Positions 27,596 to 36,876 of a stretch of 64,000 nt of DNA are shown here, piece after piece (the first letter of the stretch is position 1; each line of letters starts with the position of its first letter). The DNA is from Rickettsia typhi (GTDB lineage: Bacteria; Pseudomonadota; Alphaproteobacteria; Rickettsiales; Deianiraeaceae). The position numbers were made by a program, and so were the translations under genes. Below the pieces are notes generated by a model. The model saw only the letters and a program-made list of their open reading frames with translations. It was not told the origin of the DNA and did no database searches. The stretch spans positions 30,721-94,720 of the forward strand of contig CAMAVJ010000004.1 of NCBI GenBank assembly GCA_945861725.1, given 5' to 3'.

Positions 27596-27631
27596 ATTAT
27601 ACGTAGTGCTTAAAAATTAAAATTCAAGGGG
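27596..27631 (-). promoter_or_regulatory. groES-groEL promoter region with heat-shock (sigma32-like) -35
   Basis: The minus strand reads CCCCTTGAA (27631-27623), then 21 nt, then TATAAT (27601-27596), 23 nt before the groES ATG. CCCTTGAA is the classical sigma32 -35 core. The CCCCATnT -10 is not evident. Confidence 0.4.
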
Positions 27632-27635
27632 AATT

Positions 27636-27902
27636 TTATTTTGCGATGATTTCTTCAACAATTTTGTGAATTTCAAGTTTGTCTGCGTTTGAAATGCGTG
27701 AAAGATGTTTTGTGTGTTGGTAACCAATTTTTTTATCGTTAAGATGTTGAATAATGCCGCAACCATTCCACCAATGATGAAGTGTTCGCGTATTCAAAAT
27801 TACATAATCAGGCTTTAATTCTTCGATTGTATTATAAAAATGTTGGCGGTAGTCTTCGTTATAAATATAGTATTTTGCAGGACTTTCATTTACTTTCCTC
27901 AT
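27636..27902 (-). CDS. Hypothetical protein
   Basis: 88-aa ORF in an otherwise empty gap. I recognise no motif, and stop codons lie directly upstream. The coding status is uncertain. Confidence 0.3.
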   Translation of the reverse strand: MRKVNESPAKYYIYNEDYRQHFYNTIEELKPDYVILNTRTLHHWWNGCGIIQHLNDKKIGYQHTKHLSRISNADKLEIHKIVEEIIAK

Positions 27903-28084
27903 ACAGTGCTAATTGCATTGCCGTTGAATTCGTGTTCGTCATAATGCTCGTTTGAATAGAATGATAATCCCATAAAAAGAATCTTATGCTTTTGCGATTG
28001 ATACTCTTTTCCAATTCAAAAGTTTATCGTGATGTAAAAGTTCTTTAAATGGGATAATTACCATTATACCAGTAATTTTACTCC

Positions 28085-28113
28085 TTGACATATTAAAAAT
28101 AAATTAACATAAG
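28085..28113 (+). promoter_or_regulatory. Promoter candidate for thiS
   Basis: TTGACA-N17-CATAAG. Confidence 0.35.
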
Positions 28114-28136
28114 GATGGTAACTGATTTTTTGGGTA

Positions 28137-28334
28137 ATGAGAGTTATTCTTAACGGCAATGAAATTATAACAAACTGTGAAAATCTTTTGAAATTACTTG
28201 AAAATATGGGTATTCAAAAAGAAAAAGTTGCAGTTGAAGTTGACGGACTTGTTGTGCCAAAATCCCAGTTTATAAACTTTACAATAAAAGAAAATTCAAA
28301 AATAGAAATTATTACATTTGTCGGTGGCGGGTAA
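28137..28334 (+). CDS. thiS: ThiS/MoaD-family sulfur carrier protein
   Basis: 65 aa. It starts MRVILNG, has AVEVDGLVVPKSQF, and ends in the C-terminal GG. No thiF, thiG or thiH gene is next to it. Confidence 0.65.
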   Translation: MRVILNGNEIITNCENLLKLLENMGIQKEKVAVEVDGLVVPKSQFINFTIKENSKIEIITFVGGG

Positions 28335-29205
28335 AAAATATTTAATTATATCTTGTGTAATTGTTGCAATTGGTGCAATTTATTTCACATTTGGTACGAA
28401 AAATCACGATCCAAAGAAGGATTTTGAAGCTCAAAAAAAATCTTCATCTGTTAAAACGGGTGAAAACATTACGCTCCTTGTACAAAATTCTACTTCCACG
28501 GAAACGCCAAAAGTCGTTGAAATCTTTGGAGAAGTCGATCAAAATGCCATAACGGTAACGGCAGCAATGCCATCTGTCGTAAAATTAATCAAAAACGAAG
28601 GAGTAAAACTTAAACAAGGCACGCCCGTTGTTCAATTCATCAACGATGTCTTCATTCCAATCCCATTTGACGGTAAAATTTCCAACACATTTGTCAAATC
28701 TGGTGAAAATGTTACCGTTGGTCAAGCACTTTTTATAGCAATTCCAACTAGTGCAAAATCAACGAAGGTTATAATCGAAATGCCAATTGCATACTTGCCA
28801 TCAATTGAGCAAGGGATGAATGTCAAAGTTTCCCATAATGAAAGAATTTTTTCAGGAAAAATTGAATATATAAGCCAGTATTCAACTCAAGAATCGGGCT
28901 GGACAAAGGTCGTAGTTGAAATGCCACGCACAGAAATTGCACATAATACTATTGTAAAAGTTTTCATTGAACTTTCAACTCACTATGCACACTTTGTTCC
29001 GAAAACAGCGGTGTTCCTTCAAAATAGTGAAACTTTTGTTAAAATTTTAAATATAAATAACCTTGTTGAAGGCATAAAGGTTGAAATCATTCAAGAAACT
29101 GCCGATGGCTTTTATATATCTGGTCTTGAAGATTCAGTACGAATAATAATAAAAAATCCATCATACGCAAGCGAAGGAAAGCAATATAAATTCACCATTG
29201 TTTAA
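28318..29205 (+). CDS. Membrane-fusion (RND/ABC adaptor, HlyD-like) protein, orphan
   Basis: 295 aa with a TTG (or GTG at 28324) start and an N-terminal TM anchor. The lipoyl-like halves are SVVKLIKNEGVKLKQGTPVVQF and IPFDGKISNTFVKSGENVTVGQALF. The beta-barrel part is GMNVKVS..FSGKIEYIS. The alpha-hairpin is very short. Confidence 0.5.
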   Translation: MSVAGKKYLIISCVIVAIGAIYFTFGTKNHDPKKDFEAQKKSSSVKTGENITLLVQNSTSTETPKVVEIFGEVDQNAITVTAAMPSVVKLIKNEGVKLKQGTPVVQFINDVFIPIPFDGKISNTFVKSGENVTVGQALFIAIPTSAKSTKVIIEMPIAYLPSIEQGMNVKVSHNERIFSGKIEYISQYSTQESGWTKVVVEMPRTEIAHNTIVKVFIELSTHYAHFVPKTAVFLQNSETFVKILNINNLVEGIKVEIIQETADGFYISGLEDSVRIIIKNPSYASEGKQYKFTIV

Positions 29206-29212
29206 TAATATT

Positions 29213-30127
29213 ATGTATTCTAAAATTGGAGTAGTGTTTCAGGAAAACACAGCTGAAGCGAATGTTGCTCAAGCAACAAAAAATGGAATAGTGCAGGCGA
29301 TGCAGAATTTGGGTCTCAATTTTTGCGAAATACCATTTACTCAAGATTTTGTTAATGATATTAAGGAACATAATGTTGATGTAATTTTTAATGCAATGCA
29401 CGGAAAATACGGCGAAGATGGCTACATTCAGACGATCCTCAACGCCATTGAAATTCCATATACCCACTCTGGCGTTTCGGCTTCACAAATTGGTATGAAC
29501 AAGGTTTTGACCAACATTTATGCAAAATCTTGTGCAATTCCAACGCTTCAAAGTGAAGTAATTATAAAAGATGACATTCTTGATGGAAAATATTCAATAT
29601 CCAGAAGAAGTATAATAAAACCTGTCGCTGGCGGCTCTTCTGTTGCAACATTTATTCTTGAAAGCGGTGAAATGCTTTCCAAGTCTCAGCTCAGTGAAGT
29701 GGAAAATTTCAAAGATGGTTCATTTTTTATGATAGAGGAATTTTTTGGTGGCAGGGAGGTCACAGTTGGAATTCTCAACGATGAAGTTATTGGATCATGT
29801 AAAATAATTACATCTGAAGAGTTTTATACATACAACGCAAAATATAGTAGCAAACAAACGATCTACGAAGCACCAGCACAAATTTCCGAAGAAATGCGTG
29901 AAAAAATCCATCACGATGCTATGAAAATTTATACATCAATTGGTGCCAGATCTATTTCAAGAGTCGATTTCCTCTGTGATGAGCATAACTACCGCTTCCT
30001 TGAAATTAACACACACCCCGGAATGACTGCGACATCACTAATGCCAAAAATATGTGCTTACAAAGGTATTTCTTATGAAAAAATCGTTGAAATGCTTCTT
30101 GAGATGGCTAAATTTGACGCTGTTTGA
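29213..30127 (+). CDS. ddl: D-alanine--D-alanine ligase
   Basis: Motifs are FNAMHGKYGEDGYIQTILNAIEIPYTHSGV.AS.IGMNK and the ATP-grasp C-terminus VDFL..YRFLEINTHPGMT. The start is set at the ATG after the upstream stop. Confidence 0.88.
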   Translation: MYSKIGVVFQENTAEANVAQATKNGIVQAMQNLGLNFCEIPFTQDFVNDIKEHNVDVIFNAMHGKYGEDGYIQTILNAIEIPYTHSGVSASQIGMNKVLTNIYAKSCAIPTLQSEVIIKDDILDGKYSISRRSIIKPVAGGSSVATFILESGEMLSKSQLSEVENFKDGSFFMIEEFFGGREVTVGILNDEVIGSCKIITSEEFYTYNAKYSSKQTIYEAPAQISEEMREKIHHDAMKIYTSIGARSISRVDFLCDEHNYRFLEINTHPGMTATSLMPKICAYKGISYEKIVEMLLEMAKFDAV

Positions 30128-30237
30128 AATAAAAGACCGCCAACGTTCCAACACTTCAGTCAGTATAAACTCTTAAAGTTCTTAATTCCATTGCTGTGTT
30201 GTGTTTTCGTGCAATTCCTAGCAACAACAAAAAACAC

Positions 30238-30266
30238 TTGACAAGCAAAAAACAAAGCAATGGAAT
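30238..30266 (+). promoter_or_regulatory. Promoter candidate for sodB, embedded in nested inverted repeats
   Basis: TTGACA-N17-TGGAAT. The -10 region lies inside the right arms of two inverted repeats (see finding). Confidence 0.4.
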
Positions 30267-30289
30267 TGCACATAATTAATGTTTTTGTT

Positions 30290-30940
30290 ATGTCTGTTAA
30301 TGCCCAAATTCAAGTGCTTGAGCGTACAAACTTCCCATTTTTCCTTCCAGAATTACCATTCGCCGATACATCGCTCGAGCCAACGCTTTCAAAGGAATCA
30401 TTTGATTATCACCATAAAAAACATCACAATGCCTACGTTTTAAAGCTCAATGAGCTTGTTGAAAACACGGAGTATCAATTGCTTAATCTGAAGGACATTA
30501 TTGTGAAATCGGAAAAAGATTCTAAGGCGGCAATATTTAACAATGCAGCACAAGTATGGAATCATACATTTTTATGGAATTCAATGCAAAAAAACGGTGG
30601 AACGAAACATATCTCAATTCCAGCAAAAAAATTAATCGAAAACTCATTTACAACCGTTGAAGAATTTCAAGCAAAGCTTATTGAAGCTGGTATTACGCAA
30701 TTTGGTTCAGGTTGGGCTTGGGTCGTTTTAAACAAAGTGTCTGGCGGTCTTGAAATTGTTAAAACCACAAACGCTCAAACTCCATTAACGAATCCAAATT
30801 TTGTGCCTGTAATTACAATTGATGTCTGGGAACATGCATACTACATTGATTACAGAAACAAACGCCCAGATTACTTGAAAACATTCGTCGAAGAGTTAAT
30901 TAACTGGTCTTTTTTTGAGGCAAATATTAAACAAATTTGA
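30290..30940 (+). CDS. sodB: Superoxide dismutase, Fe-type
   Basis: Motifs are LPELPF..LEP..S...FDYHHKKHH, AAQVWNHTFLW (Fe-type signature), GSGWAWVV and DVWEHAYYIDYRN. The start is set at the ATG downstream of the predicted promoter. Confidence 0.9.
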   Translation: MSVNAQIQVLERTNFPFFLPELPFADTSLEPTLSKESFDYHHKKHHNAYVLKLNELVENTEYQLLNLKDIIVKSEKDSKAAIFNNAAQVWNHTFLWNSMQKNGGTKHISIPAKKLIENSFTTVEEFQAKLIEAGITQFGSGWAWVVLNKVSGGLEIVKTTNAQTPLTNPNFVPVITIDVWEHAYYIDYRNKRPDYLKTFVEELINWSFFEANIKQI

Positions 30941-30963
30941 TAACTAATTAATAATAAAGGAAT

Positions 30964-32232
30964 ATGCAAAAGTTTGATAAAATGAAGGTTGTTTATGGTG
31001 GAAAAGAGCTCGAGCTTAATGTTCTACACGGAACGGAAGGAGCTGATTGCGTTGACATCAGTCCTCTTGAAAGGGAGTTAAACCTTTATACATTCGATCC
31101 AGCCTTCGTTTCAACGGCGTCGTGTCATTCAAATATTACATTTATTGATGGAGACAAGGGTATTTTAGCACATAGAGGTTATCCCATTGAATCGCTTGCT
31201 GGAAGTCGTACATTTCTTGAAACATTTTTCCTTCTGTTTACTGGTAAGAATCATGAAGATTCTTACCCTGAATTTGAACTTTTCAAAAAAACAGCAATTG
31301 ATAATATGAAAATCGACGATATTACAAAACTGGTTATCACATCTTTTAAAAAAACCGATCACCCAATGGCGATTTTAATGTCCGCTTTTTCACACATTGC
31401 TTCGAAAAACTGTGCGAATTGGAACCCTAACGAACCCGAACTTGTTCGCAAAACACTCATAAAAATTGTTGGCGAATTCCTTGCCTGCGTAATAACTATA
31501 TACCGCTTTATCAAAGGTAAAACATTGGAAATTAAAATGACGCCACACTTTACCGAAACAATTTGTCTTAATATGTTTGATGAAGAACATTTTAAGTCGC
31601 ATAAAAAAATCGTTGAAAATGTTTTTAATAAACTTTTTGTGCTACACGCAGATCACGAACAAAACGCCTCCACTTCAACAGTTCGAATGGTTGCCTCAAC
31701 CGAAGTTAACCCTTATGCTTCAATTGTTGCCGGAATTGCAGCCTTATGGGGACCACTTCATGGCGGAGCAAATGAAGCTGTAATTAATATGCTCGAAGGC
31801 ATTCATTCCGTTGATGAAGTGCCGTCATACCTTGCTAAAGTTAAAAGCAAGGAAGTAAAACTTATGGGCTTTGGGCATAGAGTTTATAAAAATTACGATC
31901 CAAGAGCTCTCTTAATTAAGGATACCTGCGACACCGTTCTTGAAACATTTCAACATGTTGGAGACAAGGAAAAACTTTTCATTGCCCGCGAACTTGAAAA
32001 ACAAGCAATGGCTGATGAATACTTTACATCTCGTAAACTTTTCCCAAATGTTGACTTCTATTCGGGTATAATCTATAAAGCACTCGATGTTCCAACGTCA
32101 TTTTTCACTGTAATGTTTGCCGCGGCAAGAGTTGCTGGTTGGTCTTCGCAAATGTACGAATTTTATGGAGAGCCAAGGAAAATTTCACGCCCACGCCAAC
32201 TTTATACTGGAGAAAAAGTCAAACCTGTATAA
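30964..32232 (+). CDS. gltA: Citrate synthase
   Basis: 422 aa. Motifs are LHADHEQNASTSTVR, GPLHGGANE and MGFGHRVYKNYDPRA. Confidence 0.95.
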   Translation: MQKFDKMKVVYGGKELELNVLHGTEGADCVDISPLERELNLYTFDPAFVSTASCHSNITFIDGDKGILAHRGYPIESLAGSRTFLETFFLLFTGKNHEDSYPEFELFKKTAIDNMKIDDITKLVITSFKKTDHPMAILMSAFSHIASKNCANWNPNEPELVRKTLIKIVGEFLACVITIYRFIKGKTLEIKMTPHFTETICLNMFDEEHFKSHKKIVENVFNKLFVLHADHEQNASTSTVRMVASTEVNPYASIVAGIAALWGPLHGGANEAVINMLEGIHSVDEVPSYLAKVKSKEVKLMGFGHRVYKNYDPRALLIKDTCDTVLETFQHVGDKEKLFIARELEKQAMADEYFTSRKLFPNVDFYSGIIYKALDVPTSFFTVMFAAARVAGWSSQMYEFYGEPRKISRPRQLYTGEKVKPV

Positions 32233-32261
32233 TACTTCTAAATGTTTTGGTAGATTGTTCG

Positions 32262-33149
32262 CTACGAAAAGTGGTCAAACCCTTGAATGTTTACTTCAAA
32301 TGGACTATTGATCAACTCTACTCCAATTCCATCGGTTACTATGCCAATTTTCGTACAATTTGGAATTGTTTCTTCTTTTGAAGTGCATAGTATATTGTAA
32401 TCATCACCAAATGATAGTCCTACCGAAAGCATTTCTGTTGTAATACCTCTAGCAAATGGCAAAAGGTTAAAATCAATTTCAAAGTGACACCGTGAAACAC
32501 TTGCCATTTTGTTTGCGTCTTGAATCAGTCCATCTGAAATATCCATACTTGCGTTAATTTTTGAAAAATCTTCAATCTGCACAAGGGTTGGAGTCAGGTA
32601 TTCTATAACGCTATCGTCATCGAAATTAAGAAATTTACCATTAATTTTCTTATAACCTAAAAATGCCTCACCAATGTTTTTTGTTATGAAGATATTATCT
32701 CCAATTTTGGCGGCATTTCTTTGTGGCGTCTGTCGTGTTTTTGAAATATTAGCAATAACCGTTACAACAATTATTATATTCTTAGAATGATGAACTGAAG
32801 TGTCTCCACCAAGTAAGTCAACATTGTATTTCCTCGCGAAATCATCAAAACCTTGCGTTAATTGTGTAAATTGGTTAAAATCCTTTGGAAGGATGATATT
32901 TAAAAAATATCCAATTAACTTACTGCATGCATCGCACTTGGCAAAAATATCAGAAAAACTGCGTGCCATTGCTTTGTATGCAATAAAATTTACTGGTAAA
33001 TTTGGAACAATATGAATTCCTTCGATACTCGTATCGGTATTAACTATGTATTCCTCAATGTTGCTGACGTCATCTTCAAGATTTCGTGCAAATTTATTGC
33101 CATTTGTAAGCTTAAGCAGGTAATCTTGAATAAAGCGATTCTCATTCAT
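32262..33149 (-). CDS. thiL: Thiamine-monophosphate kinase
   Basis: 295 aa. It has DTSIEGIHI, YKAMARSFSDIFA, LLGGDTS and the ISDGLIQDANKMA AIR-synthase-like fold motifs. Confidence 0.75.
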   Translation of the reverse strand: MNENRFIQDYLLKLTNGNKFARNLEDDVSNIEEYIVNTDTSIEGIHIVPNLPVNFIAYKAMARSFSDIFAKCDACSKLIGYFLNIILPKDFNQFTQLTQGFDDFARKYNVDLLGGDTSVHHSKNIIIVVTVIANISKTRQTPQRNAAKIGDNIFITKNIGEAFLGYKKINGKFLNFDDDSVIEYLTPTLVQIEDFSKINASMDISDGLIQDANKMASVSRCHFEIDFNLLPFARGITTEMLSVGLSFGDDYNILCTSKEETIPNCTKIGIVTDGIGVELINSPFEVNIQGFDHFS

Positions 33150-33245
33150 TTTTTTATTGATATCGTTTTGTACAACAGTTTAATATTGACATTGTCATTG
33201 TTGTTGTCTAAAAGCAATTTTTGCAAGGAAATATTTTACGAAAAT

Positions 33246-34103
33246 ATGAATAGAACTTTATTTTATAATATAGCAGCATCGTTTTTCAATGTTTTGCTAA
33301 TCGTTGTAATCAAGTTGATGGTCGATGCTTCAATGATTACACCTGAAATTGCCAGTTTCTTTCGCCATGTTTCCGCTTTTTTGATTATATCCCCATTTTT
33401 GATTTCAACACTGAAGAAATCTCCTGAGCATTTTATTCAGAAAATTCCGCATTTTGCAATGTTTGTGCGTGGATTATTTTACGCAATCGCAACATTTTTA
33501 TGGCCAATAGTCTACACGCACATTCCTCTTCACATAGCAATGACGATGGGCTTTCTTGTGCCATTTATTTCAAATATTTTGCTTGTCATTTTCCTTAAGG
33601 AAAAAATTCCGAATTATGTCTGGATTTCAATGCTTTTTGGCGTTGTTGGTGTGCTGATTATTTTGCGTCCATATATTCACGATTTCAACAAATACCATAT
33701 TCTTGCACTTGTTTGCATCACATTTTGGGCAGCTTCGGCAACATTGAATAAGTTTATTGCTCAAAAAAGGGTGAAGGTTCATATTGCACTTTTTTATCTC
33801 ACAATATACGCTTCCATTTTCACGAGCGGTCTTGTATTTTTCGCGAAAATTTCAATTCCACATAATATTTTTCTGCCAATTGCCTGCCTTGGATTTGTAA
33901 GTGTTGTTGCTCAATTTTTTGTGATCAAGTCATACCAAACAAGTGCTGGATATCTTGTGAATACAATGGAATTTGTTCGCTTTTTAATGTTTCTCACTGC
34001 CGATGTCCTATTATTTGGTGCGAATTTAACACTTATGACGATCGTTGGCTCGGTAATTATTGGTGCGAGTGTTTATTATGTCCTTCGAAGGTATAATGGT
34101 TAA
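33246..34103 (+). CDS. EamA/DMT-family transporter
   Basis: It has about 10 TM segments. The start is set at internal Met79 of ORF 33012..34103, because the upstream part of that ORF is antisense to thiL. Confidence 0.65.
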   Translation: MNRTLFYNIAASFFNVLLIVVIKLMVDASMITPEIASFFRHVSAFLIISPFLISTLKKSPEHFIQKIPHFAMFVRGLFYAIATFLWPIVYTHIPLHIAMTMGFLVPFISNILLVIFLKEKIPNYVWISMLFGVVGVLIILRPYIHDFNKYHILALVCITFWAASATLNKFIAQKRVKVHIALFYLTIYASIFTSGLVFFAKISIPHNIFLPIACLGFVSVVAQFFVIKSYQTSAGYLVNTMEFVRFLMFLTADVLLFGANLTLMTIVGSVIIGASVYYVLRRYNG

Positions 34104-34131
34104 TTTTGAAGAAATGGCAGATGGGCGAGAG

Positions 34132-34208
34132 TGGTGCACTCGGAGGGACTTGAACCCCCAACCTCTTGATTCGTAGTCAAGTGCTCTATCCAATTAAGCT
34201 ACGAGTGC
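34132..34208 (-). tRNA. tRNA-Arg (anticodon ACG), CCA encoded
   Basis: The reverse complement folds as GCACTCG-TA-GCTT..GAGC-A-CTTGA-CTACGAA-TCAAG-AGGTT-GGGGG-TTCAAGT-CCCTC-CGAGTGC-A-CCA. The cloverleaf is complete and the anticodon loop is CT-ACG-AA. Confidence 0.9.
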
Positions 34209-34217
34209 ATTTCCTTA

Positions 34218-34246
34218 ACCAGTTCACGCAGAAATTTATTTGTCAA
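34218..34246 (-). promoter_or_regulatory. Promoter candidate for tRNA-Arg
   Basis: Minus-strand TTGACA (34246-34241) lies 33 nt upstream of the tRNA 5' end. The -10 (ACTGGT) is poor. Confidence 0.35.
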
Positions 34247-34280
34247 GAAATCTTTTACCAACTGCCGTTAACGAATATAT

Positions 34281-34889
34281 TCAAAATCTACCTATAACTT
34301 TCTTCGCATCCTTTAGCACCTCTGCCAACGCGTGCAGCGATCTTTTTTTGGCATTCTGTTTGTGTTTGCGGTTTTCCTTTCCTAAACAACTCGCTATTGA
34401 TGCCTTGGTGCATCTTTCTTCAATTGCGATATCATCGTCAGTTGGAGTTCTACCGCACCATGCACGATTTTGTGTTGTTGAAATTTGATGCCCAATCTGA
34501 GCATAACGCCCGGATTCCTCATTTAATTTGTCCCTGAGTAACATAATATTTCTATCGTAGAGGTGGCCATGCTTCCGTTGTAACTCATCTACGTTCTTCT
34601 TGCGTTTTACATCCAGTTCATAATCATTCATATAGTCGTTTTTCATACTATCTTTGTCACTATTGTAATTCTGCGTCAACGCTGTTGGTTTTTTGATATA
34701 AATAGCAACATGCGACTTTGTTTCGGCATCATACCCATATTCCATTTGACTCCGATCTGTGTGATTGCCTTCTTGTGGTTGAAAATCAATCTCATGATCG
34801 TCCGTTTCCCGCTCCTGTGAACAGAGGCAATCTTTCATTAAACTCCAGAAGATATCAAGCACACCAGTGCTTTGTGTATTGTTTTGCAT
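34281..34889 (-). CDS. Orphan hydrophilic protein, GC-enriched, unknown function
   Basis: 202 aa with no signal peptide or TM segment. It is rich in charged residues and has a basic C-terminus (KKRSLHALAEVLKDAKKVIGRF). It has its own TTGCAT-N17-TATAGT promoter. GC is 27/60 in line 34321-34380. Confidence 0.5.
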   Translation of the reverse strand: MQNNTQSTGVLDIFWSLMKDCLCSQERETDDHEIDFQPQEGNHTDRSQMEYGYDAETKSHVAIYIKKPTALTQNYNSDKDSMKNDYMNDYELDVKRKKNVDELQRKHGHLYDRNIMLLRDKLNEESGRYAQIGHQISTTQNRAWCGRTPTDDDIAIEERCTKASIASCLGKENRKHKQNAKKRSLHALAEVLKDAKKVIGRF

Positions 34890-34913
34890 ATAATAAAAAT
34901 AATTTACAAATAC

Positions 34914-34942
34914 ACTATAGCATATTTTTTACCGCAATGCAA
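34914..34942 (-). promoter_or_regulatory. Promoter of the 202-aa orphan gene
   Basis: Minus-strand TTGCAT-N17-TATAGT, 25 nt upstream of the ATG. Confidence 0.55.
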
Positions 34943-35097
34943 GAATTGTTTGCTATTTACGGAAAAATGTAGCCCATATGAGTGGAATCCAGATAAATGA
35001 AAGCGTGATTATCCCCTTGATGCACTGGTATGTTATCCACAGCCAGAAGTATTTCCTACAAAACTGCTTAATTTTTTTCAGCTTAAACGATATGGAT

Positions 35098-35907
35098 TTA
35101 ATTCTTGCTTTCATACATACCTTTGCGAAGTGTGATCATTGCCCAAATGCCAAAAATTGGAATTAAAGCGAAAATCATAAAAAAACCAAACCAATGATGC
35201 CCACCATTATCATTCCCGATGCCAGTCATACCAAAGCGAAAACCTTCGATTATATAAAATACCGGGTTTAAAAAAATTACCTTCTGCCACGCATCAGGAA
35301 GTGATGCTATTGAATAAAATGTTCCTGAGAGCATTGTAAGTGGGGTGATGATATACGATGTGTAGGCGTGAGCTTTGTCAAAATCAGAAGCAGCAAAACC
35401 GACAAGAATACCAACAAATGCAAAAATTAATGAACCAGCGGTGATATAGTATAATGCAAGGAAAATGTTGTGAATATGAAAATCAACAAATGGAAGTATC
35501 GCAATTAAGGTGATAAATGCCACTAAAAGTGCACGAATTAATGAAGAGACTATCATTGCTAAAATAATTTCGGCATTTGTTAGAGGTGCAATCGTGTAAT
35601 CTCTAATGAAACCAAGCATTTTTGCGACCGTTATAGTGGCTTGTGTGTTTTGATACGCAGCTTGTAAAGCGGACATTGCAATCAACCCAGTGGCAACAAT
35701 CATACCATATGAAATGCCATCAAACGACGTACCTTCAGCGTTAGATCTTCCGCCAAATGCTACTGTAAAAATTACAAAAAACACAAGGGCGTTGATTACG
35801 GGGGAAAGTATTGTTTGATTATATACTTTCAAAAAACGCATACATTCCTTCTTTAGAAGAGTTGAGAACCTTATAAAGTTTACATGTTGATTTATGTTGT
35901 GCATCAT
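35098..35907 (-). CDS. ABC-2 type transporter permease (YadH-like), no adjacent ATPase
   Basis: 269 aa with 6 TM segments. The N-terminus FSTLLKKECMRFLKVYNQTILSPVINALVFF is typical of ABC-2 permeases. Confidence 0.65.
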   Translation of the reverse strand: MMHNINQHVNFIRFSTLLKKECMRFLKVYNQTILSPVINALVFFVIFTVAFGGRSNAEGTSFDGISYGMIVATGLIAMSALQAAYQNTQATITVAKMLGFIRDYTIAPLTNAEIILAMIVSSLIRALLVAFITLIAILPFVDFHIHNIFLALYYITAGSLIFAFVGILVGFAASDFDKAHAYTSYIITPLTMLSGTFYSIASLPDAWQKVIFLNPVFYIIEGFRFGMTGIGNDNGGHHWFGFFMIFALIPIFGIWAMITLRKGMYESKN

Positions 35908-35917
35908 ATATTATATT

Positions 35918-36229
35918 TCATACAATCATATTGGCGTTCATATTATACATGACCCATGCGGAACCAGCAACGACAATAAAAACCATTGCAATAGAAAAAA
36001 TCATTGAAATCAAATTCCAGCGTGGCTTACCATCGCTTCCCTCTGAATTTATATGCAAGAAGTAGATTATCTGAATTAATAGCTGTACGACGGCAAGCCC
36101 TGTAATGGCGATGTAAGTGTTACATGTTCCAAAGAATTTTTCCGTGACGATATAATACGAAGCAAGGGTTAAAATTATGGAAATGAAAAATCCAACAAAA
36201 TAGGACTTATAACTTGTGTGGTTAATCAT
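35918..36229 (-). CDS. cyoD: Cytochrome bo3 ubiquinol oxidase subunit IV
   Basis: 103 aa with 3 TM segments. It sits directly after cyoC and has YFVGFFISIILTLASY. Confidence 0.8.
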   Translation of the reverse strand: MINHTSYKSYFVGFFISIILTLASYYIVTEKFFGTCNTYIAITGLAVVQLLIQIIYFLHINSEGSDGKPRWNLISMIFSIAMVFIVVAGSAWVMYNMNANMIV

Positions 36230-36243
36230 ATATTTTAAAAAAA

Positions 36244-36870
36244 TTATATCGCATTAAAAAGATAGACGATTGTGAATACACAAACCCAGATAACATCTAA
36301 AAAGTGCCAAAAAAGCCCAAGGCAATAAAGCTTATTTTGATTTTTAGGCGTAATTCCGCGAATGGCAAGCTGTATTGTAACGAGAAGCATCCAGACTAAA
36401 CCAGATATCACATGTAATCCATGAGTTCCAACAAGGGTAAAAAATGCGGAAAAGGCAGCGTTTGTGCTGGGTGAGTGTCCGTGTGTAATCAAATGATGGA
36501 ACTCATAAAATTCCATTCCAACAAACGATACTCCAAGGGCAAATGTCATTGCAAGCATTGTGAACATCATACATTTTTTACCATCACGAGCAAAAAGCAA
36601 ACCAAGACCATAAGTAAAACTACTTGTTAAAAGTAACATTGTTTCTCCAAGAACAAACGGCATTGAAAACATTCCCGTAAGTGATGCACCACCCGCCGTT
36701 GAATTTTTTAAAACTGCGAATGTTGCAAAAAGAGCGGAAAACAGAATACAGTCGCTCATGATATATACCCAGAACCCAAATGTATTTTTTGCAAAAACTT
36801 CCCGTTCGTGGTGGTTATCGTGATTATGATGCTCACCGTGGTGATTGCCAATTTGAGTAATGTGTGACAT
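36244..36870 (-). CDS. cyoC: Cytochrome bo3 ubiquinol oxidase subunit III
   Basis: 208 aa. It has FGFWVYIMSDCILF, YEFHHLI, GTHGLHV and FWHFLDVIWV. Confidence 0.9.
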   Translation of the reverse strand: MSHITQIGNHHGEHHNHDNHHEREVFAKNTFGFWVYIMSDCILFSALFATFAVLKNSTAGGASLTGMFSMPFVLGETMLLLTSSFTYGLGLLFARDGKKCMMFTMLAMTFALGVSFVGMEFYEFHHLITHGHSPSTNAAFSAFFTLVGTHGLHVISGLVWMLLVTIQLAIRGITPKNQNKLYCLGLFWHFLDVIWVCVFTIVYLFNAI

Positions 36871-36876
36871 ATTTTT

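Noticed and set aside
27573-27635. A CIRCE (HrcA operator) element upstream of groES.
   Set aside because: Only a single half-site-like string (TTAAGCACT) is present. There is no inverted partner at 9-nt spacing.
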